Shown: one piece after another, positions 38,569 to 48,092 of the stretch
How the letters are laid out: each line of letters starts with the position of its first letter
Numbering within the stretch: position 1 is the first letter of the stretch
Source of the DNA: Armatimonadota bacterium
GTDB lineage: Bacteria; Armatimonadota; Fimbriimonadia; Fimbriimonadales; ATM1
DNA: 64,000 nucleotides
Assembly (NCBI GenBank): GCA_040289295.1
Contig: PSLA01000001.1
Coordinates: 33,287-97,286, forward strand
Reading direction: 5' to 3'
Notes under the pieces: model-generated
What the model was told of the DNA's origin: nothing
The model's input: the letters and a program-made list of their open reading frames with translations, nothing else
Database searches by the model: none
Made by a program: the position numbers and the translations under genes

Positions 38569-40293
38569 ATGATTAACGGAGAGGTTTTCGTCCAGGAAGG
38601 GCTCATCAGTCAAGAGCAGCTCGACCAGGCCATCGCCAAGCAAAAGGAACTGGGAGGGAATGAACCCATCGGTAATGTCCTGGTTTCCATGGGCTACGTC
38701 TCCGAACGAGACCGCGTGCGGTGCATGGGACGAATATGGGGAGTCGAGTTCATTGACCTTGCAGAACATCCACCTGATTCGCAGGTCGTAGGCAGGATCT
38801 CCTCAACCTTCGCAAAGAAGTTCAAAGTTCTGCCCGTCCGAATCGTCGAGGGGCGTTTGTTGGTGGCGATGGCAAACCCTCTCGATATCTTCGTGATCGA
38901 CGAGCTCAGGCTCCTCGTGGGCATGGACGTCGAGCCGCTGATCACGGTGGAGGAGGAACTTACGGACGCCATCGCCAGCGCATACGCCAACGATGGCAGC
39001 GTCAGCGATGCGCTCAAAGGAGTCATTGAGGACTTCGACGGCGACATTGAGATCACTGCGGGCGGCGACGAGGATGAACTCACAGCCGACGAACTCCGAA
39101 ATCTCGGGGAAGAGGCGCCCATCGTTCGACTGGCGAACCTGATCATCAATCAAGCCATCGCCGACGGCGCGAGCGACATCCACATTGAGCCCAGGCGTAA
39201 TGAGGTCAAGGTTCGCATCCGCATGGACGGCGTAATGCACGAAGCTATGACCCTTCCCAAGAAGGTTCAGGCGCCTCTCATTAGCCGCTTTAAGATTATG
39301 GCTGAGATGGACATCGCCGAAAAGCGCGCGCCCCAGGACAACCGTATCGCAGCCAACGTCGGAGGCAAGCCATACGACTTCCGCGTCAGCACCCTCCCAA
39401 CTGTGCATGGCGAGAAAGTCGTTATGCGCGTCCTCGACCGGGGCAGTGTGAACATTGGCCTGAGCAAGCTGGGATTCCTGCCCGACACCTTGGCCCTGCT
39501 CGAAGACGTTGTTGCGCGCACCTTCGGCATTATCCTCATCACCGGGCCTACCGGCTCCGGCAAGTCCACGACGCTGTACTCGATTCTGAACAAGATCAAC
39601 AACGGCGAGTCAAACATCATCACGATTGAAGACCCCGTCGAATATGAACTGGAGGGCATCAACCAGTGCAACGTCAATAACAAGGCGGGCATGACGTTCG
39701 CCGCCGGTTTACGAGCAATGCTGCGTCAAGACCCCGACGTCATCATGGTGGGCGAGATGCGCGACACCGAGACTGCGACGATCGCCATGGAAGCAGCGCT
39801 GACGGGCCACCTGGTCCTCAGCACGCTCCACACAAACGACGCATCGAGCGCGCCGTCTCGACTGATTGACATGGGCGTCGAGCCGTTCCTCATCGCCAGT
39901 TCCATCATCGCTGTTTGCGCGCAACGCTTGGTGAGAACCATTTGCCCGAAGTGCAAGGAGGAGTACGTCGCGACGCGCGAGGCGCTCCTTCGCTACGGCT
40001 TCCCCGTTCCTGAAGAGGTGGGCGCCGAGACGGGAGGCTCGGTCCACATCTACCGGGCAACATCTTGCGAGGCGTGCCGCAAAACTGGTTACAAAGGCCG
40101 AACAGGCGTGCACGAACTGCTGCGGGTTACGGACTCGATTCGCGACGAGATCCTAAGGAAGAGCGCATCCCACTCGATTCGACAAATCGCGACCAGCGAA
40201 GGGATGCGCACGCTCCAGGAAGATGCTGTACAAAAGGTTTTGGTCGGACAGACCACAGTGGACGAGGTCCTGAGGGTCATCTACTCTGGGTAA
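38569..40293 (+). CDS. pilB: Type IV pilus assembly ATPase PilB (GspE family)
   Basis: T2SSE_N-like N-terminus, Walker A GPTGSGKST, Asp/His boxes and a tetracysteine motif (CPKC...CEAC). Confidence 0.9.
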   Translation: MINGEVFVQEGLISQEQLDQAIAKQKELGGNEPIGNVLVSMGYVSERDRVRCMGRIWGVEFIDLAEHPPDSQVVGRISSTFAKKFKVLPVRIVEGRLLVAMANPLDIFVIDELRLLVGMDVEPLITVEEELTDAIASAYANDGSVSDALKGVIEDFDGDIEITAGGDEDELTADELRNLGEEAPIVRLANLIINQAIADGASDIHIEPRRNEVKVRIRMDGVMHEAMTLPKKVQAPLISRFKIMAEMDIAEKRAPQDNRIAANVGGKPYDFRVSTLPTVHGEKVVMRVLDRGSVNIGLSKLGFLPDTLALLEDVVARTFGIILITGPTGSGKSTTLYSILNKINNGESNIITIEDPVEYELEGINQCNVNNKAGMTFAAGLRAMLRQDPDVIMVGEMRDTETATIAMEAALTGHLVLSTLHTNDASSAPSRLIDMGVEPFLIASSIIAVCAQRLVRTICPKCKEEYVATREALLRYGFPVPEEVGAETGGSVHIYRATSCEACRKTGYKGRTGVHELLRVTDSIRDEILRKSASHSIRQIATSEGMRTLQEDAVQKVLVGQTTVDEVLRVIYSG

Positions 40294-40297
40294 CGAG

Positions 40298-41173
40298 ATG
40301 TCTGCGATACCAAACAACGACTCGGCAAGAGCGGTGGACGCCATCCTGAGCGGAGTAGGCGACCTCGCCGCGCTGCCTCAGGTTGTTTACAAGATCGTTG
40401 AGCTTACGGGCAGCACAATGACCGCGGCGCAGGAGATCGAGCGCACCATCTCAGTGGACCCGGGCTTTAGCAGCAAGATCCTCATGCTGGCGAACAGCGC
40501 TTACTATGCCCTTCCAAGAAAGCTTACGTCCATTAGCGAGGCGGTTACGATGCTCGGATTCAAAACGGTGCGTCAACTCGCGATGACCATCGGCGTCTTT
40601 GAAATGTTCATTGGTAAAAACGACGCAAGCAGCCTCCGACGAAGGACATGGTGGCGCCACAGCGTGGACACAGCCCTTTGTGCCCAAGCGATATCGAAAA
40701 TCACAGGTATGGTTCCCCACGATGAGGCTTACACGTGCGGTCTACTTCACGACATCGGCAAGCCGCTCCTGGATAGATACGCCACGCCATCCTACGAAGA
40801 GGTGACTGTGCTGGTTGAAGCGGGCATGGACGCTATGCGAGCCGAGACGCGCGTCTACGGCTGCGACCACGCAACGGTCGGCGGTGAGGCAGCCCAACAG
40901 TGGGGCTTTCCCGAAGCTCTGTGCCAGTCTATCCGTGACCACCACGTTCCTGAACCGGAGCACGCAACAGCGCGCCTTGCGACAACCGTTGCGGCGAACC
41001 AAATGGCAAAACTCATCGTTGAAGGCACTGGATGCGAGGATGAGGCTGAGTTGATGCACCGCTTCCCCGCCTGGGCGCTATCCACGTTGGGACTTGACGA
41101 ACTGAAACTAAACAACGCCTTACGCGCATGCCGAGAGGCAGTAGCCACGAAGGCAGCGATGGGCGCATTCTAA
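40298..41173 (+). CDS. HDOD domain signalling protein
   Basis: LPQVVYKIVELT...DPGFSSKILMLANSAYYALPRKLTSISEAVTMLGF...LLHDIGKPLL. Confidence 0.8.
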   Translation: MSAIPNNDSARAVDAILSGVGDLAALPQVVYKIVELTGSTMTAAQEIERTISVDPGFSSKILMLANSAYYALPRKLTSISEAVTMLGFKTVRQLAMTIGVFEMFIGKNDASSLRRRTWWRHSVDTALCAQAISKITGMVPHDEAYTCGLLHDIGKPLLDRYATPSYEEVTVLVEAGMDAMRAETRVYGCDHATVGGEAAQQWGFPEALCQSIRDHHVPEPEHATARLATTVAANQMAKLIVEGTGCEDEAELMHRFPAWALSTLGLDELKLNNALRACREAVATKAAMGAF

Positions 41174-41188
41174 GGAGGTATAAAAACA

Positions 41189-42412
41189 ATGTCGACATTC
41201 GATTGGAGCAAACATATGGAGAGCGAAGAGCCGCTCGAACGGCCTCGCGAGAACTTGGTGATTGACCCGCGCAACGGTGAGCCAATCCTGATGCGCCAGG
41301 AAGATAGCGAACAGGCACAAAGACACGACGTCGAGCAAGTTCGCTCGATCGAAGACCTGCACGTTGACGACTTGCTTGCAGATGCAGTAAAACGCGGCGC
41401 GTCTGACTTGCACCTCACGGTCAAACTGCCGCCCATCGCGCGGATTGACGGTGACCTGGTGCAACTGCCCTACCAAGCTCTTGACTCCCGCGATACGAAC
41501 CGACTCGTTTATGAAATCATGAGCGACGAGCAGGTCGCGCGGTTCGAACAAACGCACGACACGGACTTCTCCTACGGTGTGAAAGGCCTTGGGCGGTTCC
41601 GTGTGAACGTGTATATGCAGCGGGACAGCATCGGCGCTGCTTTCCGCACCATTCCTGCGAAGATTCCCTCGTTCGAGGAGCTTGGCCTGCCCCCGATCCT
41701 GCGTGAGGTTTCGAAGCGAACCAGCGGACTCATCTTGGTTACCGGTCCGACCGGATCCGGTAAGTCGACAACAATCGCATGCATGATCGACGATATTAAC
41801 CGCATCCGTCCGTGCCACATCATGACAATCGAAGACCCTATCGAGTACCTCCACCCCCATCAGAAGGCCATGGTGAACCAACGCGAGGTACACCACGACA
41901 CGATGTCGTTTCAAAACGCGCTGCGCGCGGTGCTGCGCGAGGACCCCGACGTCATCCTCGTCGGCGAGATGCGGGATCTTGAAACGATTACCGCGGCATT
42001 GACGCTCGCCGAGACGGGCCACCTCGTGTTCGGGACATTGCACACGCGAAACGCACCACAAGCGGTGGACCGCATCATTGACGTCTTCCCGCCGGACCAG
42101 CAGGAACAGATTCGCGTGCTCCTCGGCAACACGCTCGAATGCGTGGTGGCTCAGCAGCTGCTGCCGAAATTAGGAGGGGGTCGAGTTGCCGCCATAGAGA
42201 TTATGATTGCGACTCCTGCCATCCGAAACCTAATCCGAGAGGGCAAGACACACCAAATGTACAGCATCATCGAAACCGGCACTCAGTACGGCATGCAGCA
42301 TATGGATCGCCAACTCGAGGATCTTGTCAAGAACGGATACGTGTCGTTCGACGAAGCGCTGATGCGGGCGATCGATAAGGAATCGTTCGCACGTAGCGTC
42401 CGCGCGGCATAA
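41189..42412 (+). CDS. pilT: Twitching-motility retraction ATPase PilT with a ~58-aa N-terminal extension
   Basis: GASDLHL, Walker A GPTGSGKST, ILVGEMRD and the AIRNLIREGK motif. AAGGAGG lies 10 nt upstream of the ATG. Confidence 0.9.
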   Translation: MSTFDWSKHMESEEPLERPRENLVIDPRNGEPILMRQEDSEQAQRHDVEQVRSIEDLHVDDLLADAVKRGASDLHLTVKLPPIARIDGDLVQLPYQALDSRDTNRLVYEIMSDEQVARFEQTHDTDFSYGVKGLGRFRVNVYMQRDSIGAAFRTIPAKIPSFEELGLPPILREVSKRTSGLILVTGPTGSGKSTTIACMIDDINRIRPCHIMTIEDPIEYLHPHQKAMVNQREVHHDTMSFQNALRAVLREDPDVILVGEMRDLETITAALTLAETGHLVFGTLHTRNAPQAVDRIIDVFPPDQQEQIRVLLGNTLECVVAQQLLPKLGGGRVAAIEIMIATPAIRNLIREGKTHQMYSIIETGTQYGMQHMDRQLEDLVKNGYVSFDEALMRAIDKESFARSVRAA

Positions 42413-42421
42413 CATCCGTTC

Positions 42422-42535
42422 GAGTGCGTGAGCGTCCTCGCGAACATTGAAGACTTAGGGAGCGTGAGCTTCCTCGCGAACACGAAGCGAGCTTTCGAAG
42501 GCTGGGTATTGGCTCGCGGGACGCTCGCCCTGCCT
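42422..42535. repeat. Family-2 REP/BIME-like cluster (2 direct units plus 1 inverted unit)
   Basis: 42422-42447 GAGTGCGTGAGCGTCCTCGCGAACAT; 42457-42483 AGGGAGCGTGAGCTTCCTCGCGAACAC; 42512-42535 GCTCGCGGGACGCTCGCCCTGCCT. Confidence 0.85.
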
Positions 42536-42555
42536 CGGACGGTACAATTCGCCCC

Positions 42556-43044
42556 GTGGCTGACGACTATCCATACGACGACCCGAAGAAACCAGAGGTA
42601 CCTGAAGGAGCAGGTAAGGCGGAAGAAGCGGGCGAACCGGAGCGGCCTCCTGAACCGGAAACCTCACCCTTCGCCGGGCCCCACGCGGACCCATACGGCC
42701 TCGGTTCGACCAGATTCGGGTTGGCGGCGCACGTTGTCGCCGGATTGAGCTATTTTTTCTGGCCGGTCCTGCCCCTAATCATCTATCTGATGGAGTCGGA
42801 TAACCGATTCGTCCGTTTTCACGCGATGCAGTCACTGCTTCTGGGAGTGGGCGCGTTAGTCGTGGTCATTGCTGCGTTCGTGCTGAAATTTGTTCCGATC
42901 TTCGGTTGGCTTGCATCGCTGGCGTTATGGGTCGGGTTCTTGGGTCTCGTGATTTGGGGCATCGTGAGCGGGTTTACCGGACAGTGGAAGCGGCTGCCGA
43001 TCGTCGGCGAGATAGCGGCGCAACAGCTGAAACTCGACGGTTAG
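42556..43044 (+). CDS. DUF4870-like membrane protein
   Basis: Acidic N-terminus then LSYFFWPVLPLIIYLMESDNRFVRFHAMQSLLLG, typical of DUF4870/Tic20-like proteins. GTG start. Confidence 0.6.
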   Translation: MADDYPYDDPKKPEVPEGAGKAEEAGEPERPPEPETSPFAGPHADPYGLGSTRFGLAAHVVAGLSYFFWPVLPLIIYLMESDNRFVRFHAMQSLLLGVGALVVVIAAFVLKFVPIFGWLASLALWVGFLGLVIWGIVSGFTGQWKRLPIVGEIAAQQLKLDG

Positions 43045-44960
43045 CGCACCTGAACGACTTCGTACGCCTCGATGATGTCGCCTTCCTTGAAGTCAGACCA
43101 GCCAGCGAATTGAATACCGCAGTCGAAGCCTGCGGCAACTTCGCGCACGTCCTCTTTCAAGTGTTTTAGAGAAGCGACCTGCCCTTCGAAGACGACTTCG
43201 CCATCACGCCGGACACGCACCTTACTGTTCCGTGTGATCTTTCCGTCGGTACAGTGGCACCCAGCGACCTTGCCAACCTTGGTCAAATTGAACACGGCGC
43301 GAACCTCGACGGTTCCCTGGTACTGCTGCTCGAAGACGGGTTCCAGCATTCCCTTCACCGCCTTCTCAATCTCCTCGATGAGTTCGTAGATGACGCGGTA
43401 GGTTCGCACTTCGATCTTTAGGCGCTCCGCTTCTCTCTTCGCTTGCCCTTCGATACCAACGTTGAACCCGACGACGATGGCGTCCGCAGCCTCGGCGAGG
43501 TTAATGTCGTTCAGGCTGACGTTCCCCACGCCCGCATGCAGCACCTTGACATCAATCTCGTCATTGTCAATCTTCTCTATGAGTCCCTTCACGGCCTCGA
43601 CGCTGCCCTGCACGTCCGCTTTCACGATGATGCGCAGCTCACGCGTCTCGCCTTGCTCGAGCGCACGCTTCAAGTCGGCAAGCGTCAGGTGCTGTGTAGC
43701 GAAGCCAAGTTCCTCGTCGCGAGCCTTCTCTCTCAACGCTTCAATTCTCGCCTTCGCCTGCCTTTCGTCGAGGTACACCACTAAGCGATCGCCTGCGTTG
43801 GGGACCTCGTCGATGCCGAGAATCTCGACCGGAGTCGAGGGACCCGCGTCCTTGACCTCTTTGCCGGCGAAATCGAACATCGCCCGGATACGCCCATATG
43901 CGAGGCCGACCACGACGACGTCTCCTCGCTTCAGCGTACCGTTCTGCACGAGAATGGTCGCGACAGGCCCGCGCCCCTTGTCCTTCTTCGCTTCGATAAC
44001 CACGCCCTCGACGTCTCCGGCGGGGTCGGCCTTCAGCTCCATGATTTCCGCCTGAAGAAGGATGATCTCGAGCAAGTGATCTACCCCTTCGCCCGTTACA
44101 GCTGAAACGGGAACCATCTCTACGTCACCGCCGAAATCGGTGGCAACAACGCCGTGCTCAACAAGTTGCTGCTTTACGCGCCCAACATTCGCCTCGGGGC
44201 GGTCTATTTTGTTGATAGCGACGATGATGGGCACTTCTGCGTTGCGCGCATGATTTATTGCCTCGACGGTTTGAGGCATAACCCCGTCGTCGGCGGCGAC
44301 GACAAGCACCGCGATGTCGGTTACCTGCGCCCCGCGTGCACGCATTGCGGTGAAAGCCTCGTGCCCCGGCGTGTCGAGGAACGTAATTTTTCCTGAACCA
44401 ACGGCAACTTGGTATGCGCCGATGTGCTGCGTGATGCCGCCGTGCTCCTTCTCCGCGACTCGACTGTTGCGGATATAGTCCAGCAAACTCGTCTTGCCGT
44501 GGTCAACGTGCCCCAAAATAGTGACAACGGGCGGACGAAGCGTGCCCCCGCCAACAGCCTTCCTGCGTAGCGTTGTTGGCTCCTCTTGCTCCTTCTTCTT
44601 CGGTGCCTCCGCCCACCGAACAACAAAGCCGAACTGCTTGACCGCGTTTTCAGCTACTGCTGGCTCGAGAACCGTTGTAAGGCTGGCAAGTATGCCCTTA
44701 CCGATAAGCGCCTTCTGCACGTCGCTCTGTGGCACGTCAAGGGCAATGGCGATATCGCGCGGCGTTGGCTTCGGCGCAAGTGTGACGATCTTAGATTCGA
44801 CGAGGTCTCGAATCTCGTCCGCCGCGAGTTCTAGCGTCTCCTCGTCCACCTCTACGGCGCCGTTCTCGGGGAACGCGCCGAGCTGCGCAAGCACAAAGGC
44901 AACCTGGGAGGGCAGCGCCCCCAGGTCGGAAGCAAGCTTTGTTAGTTCAACCTTCGGCAT
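43041..44960 (-). CDS. infB: Translation initiation factor IF-2
   Basis: G domain [27 protein letters not shown] chose the start at MPKVELTKL (44960). The track ORF's extra 47 codons overlap ylxR. Confidence 0.93.
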   Translation of the reverse strand: MPKVELTKLASDLGALPSQVAFVLAQLGAFPENGAVEVDEETLELAADEIRDLVESKIVTLAPKPTPRDIAIALDVPQSDVQKALIGKGILASLTTVLEPAVAENAVKQFGFVVRWAEAPKKKEQEEPTTLRRKAVGGGTLRPPVVTILGHVDHGKTSLLDYIRNSRVAEKEHGGITQHIGAYQVAVGSGKITFLDTPGHEAFTAMRARGAQVTDIAVLVVAADDGVMPQTVEAINHARNAEVPIIVAINKIDRPEANVGRVKQQLVEHGVVATDFGGDVEMVPVSAVTGEGVDHLLEIILLQAEIMELKADPAGDVEGVVIEAKKDKGRGPVATILVQNGTLKRGDVVVVGLAYGRIRAMFDFAGKEVKDAGPSTPVEILGIDEVPNAGDRLVVYLDERQAKARIEALREKARDEELGFATQHLTLADLKRALEQGETRELRIIVKADVQGSVEAVKGLIEKIDNDEIDVKVLHAGVGNVSLNDINLAEAADAIVVGFNVGIEGQAKREAERLKIEVRTYRVIYELIEEIEKAVKGMLEPVFEQQYQGTVEVRAVFNLTKVGKVAGCHCTDGKITRNSKVRVRRDGEVVFEGQVASLKHLKEDVREVAAGFDCGIQFAGWSDFKEGDIIEAYEVVQVR

Positions 44961-45219
44961 TGCGCTCCTTCGCCATCTCGAGTAGGCGCCCCATACATTG
45001 TTCCCAATCGGAGGGCATGGATTCCACCCTGAGCGCGCGCAGGAGCAGCCGCTTCTCGAACATTCGGGCGACGCACTTCTCGTCTGGGCAAACCCACGCA
45101 CCGCGCCCTGGGCCGCTGCCGCATCGGATCGCTGAGTTCACCTTTCGCACGCGCAGCATCTCGCCGGCTGGCCGCTTGCGCTTGCACGCAACGCACGTCC
45201 TTATCGGCGTATGCGTCAT
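44947..45219 (-). CDS. ylxR: YlxR/DUF448 RNA-binding protein of the nusA-infB operon
   Basis: IRTCVACKRKRPAGEMLRV motif. Position between nusA and infB. Confidence 0.8.
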   Translation of the reverse strand: MTHTPIRTCVACKRKRPAGEMLRVRKVNSAIRCGSGPGRGAWVCPDEKCVARMFEKRLLLRALRVESMPSDWEQCMGRLLEMAKERNAEG

Positions 45220-46301
45220 CCTTGGGCAGCCTGTGTGCCCTCCTGGTTCGCCTTCGATTCAGGGGTGACGGTGATGTCGTAACCTGTAAGGAAACCGGCC
45301 AATCTCACGTTCTGCCCGCCGCGCCCGATCGCGAGGCTGGACTGTGAGTCCGGTACGATGACGTGCGCGGTGCGTCGTTTTCCGTCATTCGTCTCCACCT
45401 CGCCGAGGGTAATGGAGAGAACCTTCGCCGGGCTGAGTGCGTTGCCGATGTACTCAATCGGGTCTTCGCTGTACGGCACGATGTCAATCTTTTCGTCGTA
45501 CAGCTCGTTAACGATGACCTGCACGCGCGCGCCCCGTTGTCCGACACAAGCACCGACAGCATCTACGCGCTCATCGTGAGAACGCACGGCGATCTTGGTT
45601 CGATGTCCTGCCTCTCGAGCGATGCCCATGATCTCGACGACGCCGCTCGCGATCTCTGGCACCTCAACCTCGAAAAGCTTGCGCACGAGGTTGGGGTGCG
45701 TTCTTGAAACGATGACCCGCGGGCCGCGTTTTTCGGTCTCTTGAAGCTCCAGCACGTACACGCGAATCCGGTCGTTCGGGCGATACGGCTCAGTAGGCAC
45801 CTGTTCCTTCCTCGGCAGGAAGCACTCTCCCCGGCCCACGGTGAGGAGAACGTCGCCGCCGCTCAACCGACGATTGACCACGGCGCTCACAACGTCACCA
45901 ACCTTGTCCTTGAACTCTTCTCGCGTCCGCCTTCGCTCGGCGTCGCGCAGCAGTTGTTGCAGCACCTGCTTGAACGTGCTCGCAGCGATTCGGCCGAACG
46001 TCTCGGGCGAGATGGGTGCGGGGATGAAGTCTCCTATCTCTACGTTTGGGTCCCGCCGTCGAGCCTCGTCAATCCCGATTTGGAAGAAGTGGTTGGTAAC
46101 GTGACCGACGACCTCCTTCTCGCAGACGGCTTGAAGGTCTCCGGTTTCGAGGTCAATCTTTACGGTTACGTCACCGCTTGCGCCGACGTGGCGTTTGTAG
46201 GCGGCAGCGAGGGCGCGCTCCAGTTCACCCTGGAGGTCCGCCATGGACAGGCCGCGCTCCCGCGCGATCTGCTGCATGGTTTCAAAAAGTTTTCGATCCA
46301 T
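45216..46301 (-). CDS. nusA: Transcription termination/antitermination factor NusA
   Basis: N-terminal domain, S1 domain and two KH domains (AVGACVGQRGARVQ, LAIGRGGQNVRLA). I chose the start at MDRKLFETMQ (46301). Confidence 0.92.
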   Translation of the reverse strand: MDRKLFETMQQIARERGLSMADLQGELERALAAAYKRHVGASGDVTVKIDLETGDLQAVCEKEVVGHVTNHFFQIGIDEARRRDPNVEIGDFIPAPISPETFGRIAASTFKQVLQQLLRDAERRRTREEFKDKVGDVVSAVVNRRLSGGDVLLTVGRGECFLPRKEQVPTEPYRPNDRIRVYVLELQETEKRGPRVIVSRTHPNLVRKLFEVEVPEIASGVVEIMGIAREAGHRTKIAVRSHDERVDAVGACVGQRGARVQVIVNELYDEKIDIVPYSEDPIEYIGNALSPAKVLSITLGEVETNDGKRRTAHVIVPDSQSSLAIGRGGQNVRLAGFLTGYDITVTPESKANQEGTQAAQG

Positions 46302-46439
46302 CGCTTCCCCGGCACTCTGCTGACAAAAAAGGGACGGCCGGAGAGCCATCCCCCTGAATCCCCAGATGCGCCGCACATAGTATAGCATGCCGGGCACCCG
46401 GCGGGGATGGCAATCTCTCCCGCCAGGTAAACTTTCGAC

Positions 46440-47015
46440 GTGAGCCGCCTCCGCGTCCTCGTGGCGGACGACGACCCTATCATCCGCCTTGATCTCAAAC
46501 AGATGTTGGCGAACCTCGGCTATGAGGTGGTCGCCGAGGCCGGTGACGGCAACGAGGCGGTGCTTCTCGCGCGCTCGGTCAAGCCCGACGTGTGCGTCCT
46601 AGACGTTCGCATGCCGGAACGAGACGGCATCTCAGCCGTCGCGGAACTCGTCGCGGAAGGCATATCCGCAGCCATCGTGCTGACTGCCTACAACGACCAG
46701 GAACTGGTGCAGAAAGCCACGGATGCTGGCGCATTCGCTTATCTCATCAAGCCGTTCAAGCCTCAAGACCTGCCACCCGCCATTGAGGTCGCCGTCTCTC
46801 GCTTTCGACAAACCCAGGCGCTCCACAAGCAGGTCAAGGAGCTGAACCAGCGCCTGGAAGCACGCAGAGTAATCGAGAAGGCGAAGGGCGTGCTCATGCG
46901 CAGGCAAGGTATCTCGGAAGAGGAAGCCTACAAGCGAATCCGACAGCGCAGCATGGAAACACGGCGGAGCATGCGCGAGGTCGCTGAGGCGATACTGATG
47001 ACGGGGGACATGTGA
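46440..47015 (+). CDS. REC-ANTAR response regulator (PdtaR/AmiR-NasR type)
   Basis: Receiver domain VLVADDDPIIR...DVRMP...LIKPF, then ANTAR RRVIEKAKGVLMRRQGISEEEAYKRIRQRSMETRRSMREVAEAIL. Confidence 0.85.
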   Translation: MSRLRVLVADDDPIIRLDLKQMLANLGYEVVAEAGDGNEAVLLARSVKPDVCVLDVRMPERDGISAVAELVAEGISAAIVLTAYNDQELVQKATDAGAFAYLIKPFKPQDLPPAIEVAVSRFRQTQALHKQVKELNQRLEARRVIEKAKGVLMRRQGISEEEAYKRIRQRSMETRRSMREVAEAILMTGDM

Positions 47016-47070
47016 CCACGATTCTGATTGTGGGCATTCCTCAGGCAGAACTGACAACGGAGGAAGGATA

Positions 47071-48090
47071 GTGACGGTACGACGAACCAGAATATGGCTT
47101 GCTGCGGTGGGAACGGTCGCTCTCTTGGCGGGTTGCACCGGCGGAAGCGACCGGGGGAGCAACCTCGCCTCCGAGAAGGGCGACGACGATGGAGCGTTCA
47201 AAGTCGCACTCATCACGCCGTCGCCAGTCAACGACTCAGGTTGGAGCGCCCTTGCGTATCGGGGCCTCGAGGCGATTCGGGTGAACCTCGGCGCAGAGGT
47301 CAGCAATGTGGTCGCTTCCACGCCAGCCGACATCGAGGACGCGATGCGCTCGTTCGCCCAAAAAGGGTTTGACCTCATCATTGGCCACGGCTACGAGTAC
47401 AACCAACACGCTATCAAAGTGGGCAAGGAGTTCCCTAACACCGTATTCGTCAGCTCGTCCGGCGATCAAACGGCGAAGAACGTCGGCGCCTTCCGATTCT
47501 ATCTCGAGCAAGGCACCTATCTCTTGGGAGTGCTGGCCGCGAAACTGTCGAAGTCTGGCGTGGTCGGCATGGTAGGAGGCCCGGACATCCCCAGCATCGA
47601 GAGCACGTTTCAAGCGTTCGAGGCAGGAGCCAAGGCAGAACGGCCCGACATCACGGTTCTCAAAGCATACACGGGCTCGAATGGCGACATCGGTGCCGCT
47701 AAGCAGCAAACTCTCGCATTCATCAACCGAGGGGCAGACATCATCATTCACCAAACCAACGCCGCGGCGGCGGGCGTGTTCGAGGCCTGTCGTGAACGGA
47801 AAGTGTGGGCATTCGGAACGAACAGCGACCAGTCCTCGGTTGCTCCGGACGTGGTGCTCGCGAGCGCGGTGATTCGTGCGGATACGGTGTTCACCGACCT
47901 TGCCGCCCGCGTGCGGGATGGCAAGTACTCCGGAGCCGTCGAACTTGTGGGAGTCAAAGAGGGCGCCATCAACGTCGTATTCAACCCTAAACTGCTTGAC
48001 AAGATTCCAAAAGAGTATCAGGACATTTTAACAAGACAGTTCGCTGAGATTATGAGCGGCGATCTCGTCGTGCCCAAGTTGGAGTTCTGA
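47071..48090 (+). CDS. BMP-family (PnrA/Med-like) ABC substrate-binding lipoprotein
   Basis: Lipobox LLAGC. FKVALITPSPVNDSGWS and GFDLIIGHGYEY motifs. GGAGGAAGG upstream. Confidence 0.85.
   Translation: MTVRRTRIWLAAVGTVALLAGCTGGSDRGSNLASEKGDDDGAFKVALITPSPVNDSGWSALAYRGLEAIRVNLGAEVSNVVASTPADIEDAMRSFAQKGFDLIIGHGYEYNQHAIKVGKEFPNTVFVSSSGDQTAKNVGAFRFYLEQGTYLLGVLAAKLSKSGVVGMVGGPDIPSIESTFQAFEAGAKAERPDITVLKAYTGSNGDIGAAKQQTLAFINRGADIIIHQTNAAAAGVFEACRERKVWAFGTNSDQSSVAPDVVLASAVIRADTVFTDLAARVRDGKYSGAVELVGVKEGAINVVFNPKLLDKIPKEYQDILTRQFAEIMSGDLVVPKLEF
48081..48084 (+). promoter_or_regulatory. Candidate Shine-Dalgarno (GGAG) 8 nt upstream of the inferred CTG start at 48093
   Basis: GGAGTTCTGAACCTG. Position only. 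A weak 4-nt motif. Confidence 0.35.
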
Positions 48091-48092
48091 AC

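Noticed and set aside
41120-42061. 313-aa minus-strand ORF
   Set aside because: It lies entirely antisense to pilT, which has unambiguous Walker and PilT motifs. The shadow ORF has no motifs.
46302-46439. Sigma-70 promoters in the nusA / response-regulator divergent region
   Set aside because: TATACT-like and TTGCCA-like hexamers exist, but with non-canonical spacing (about 23 nt). This is too uncertain to annotate.
47016-47070. ANTAR dual-hairpin target in the leader of the BMP importer operon
   Set aside because: Only a weak 4-bp stem (CCAC...GTGG) is present, with no pair of hexaloop hairpins.
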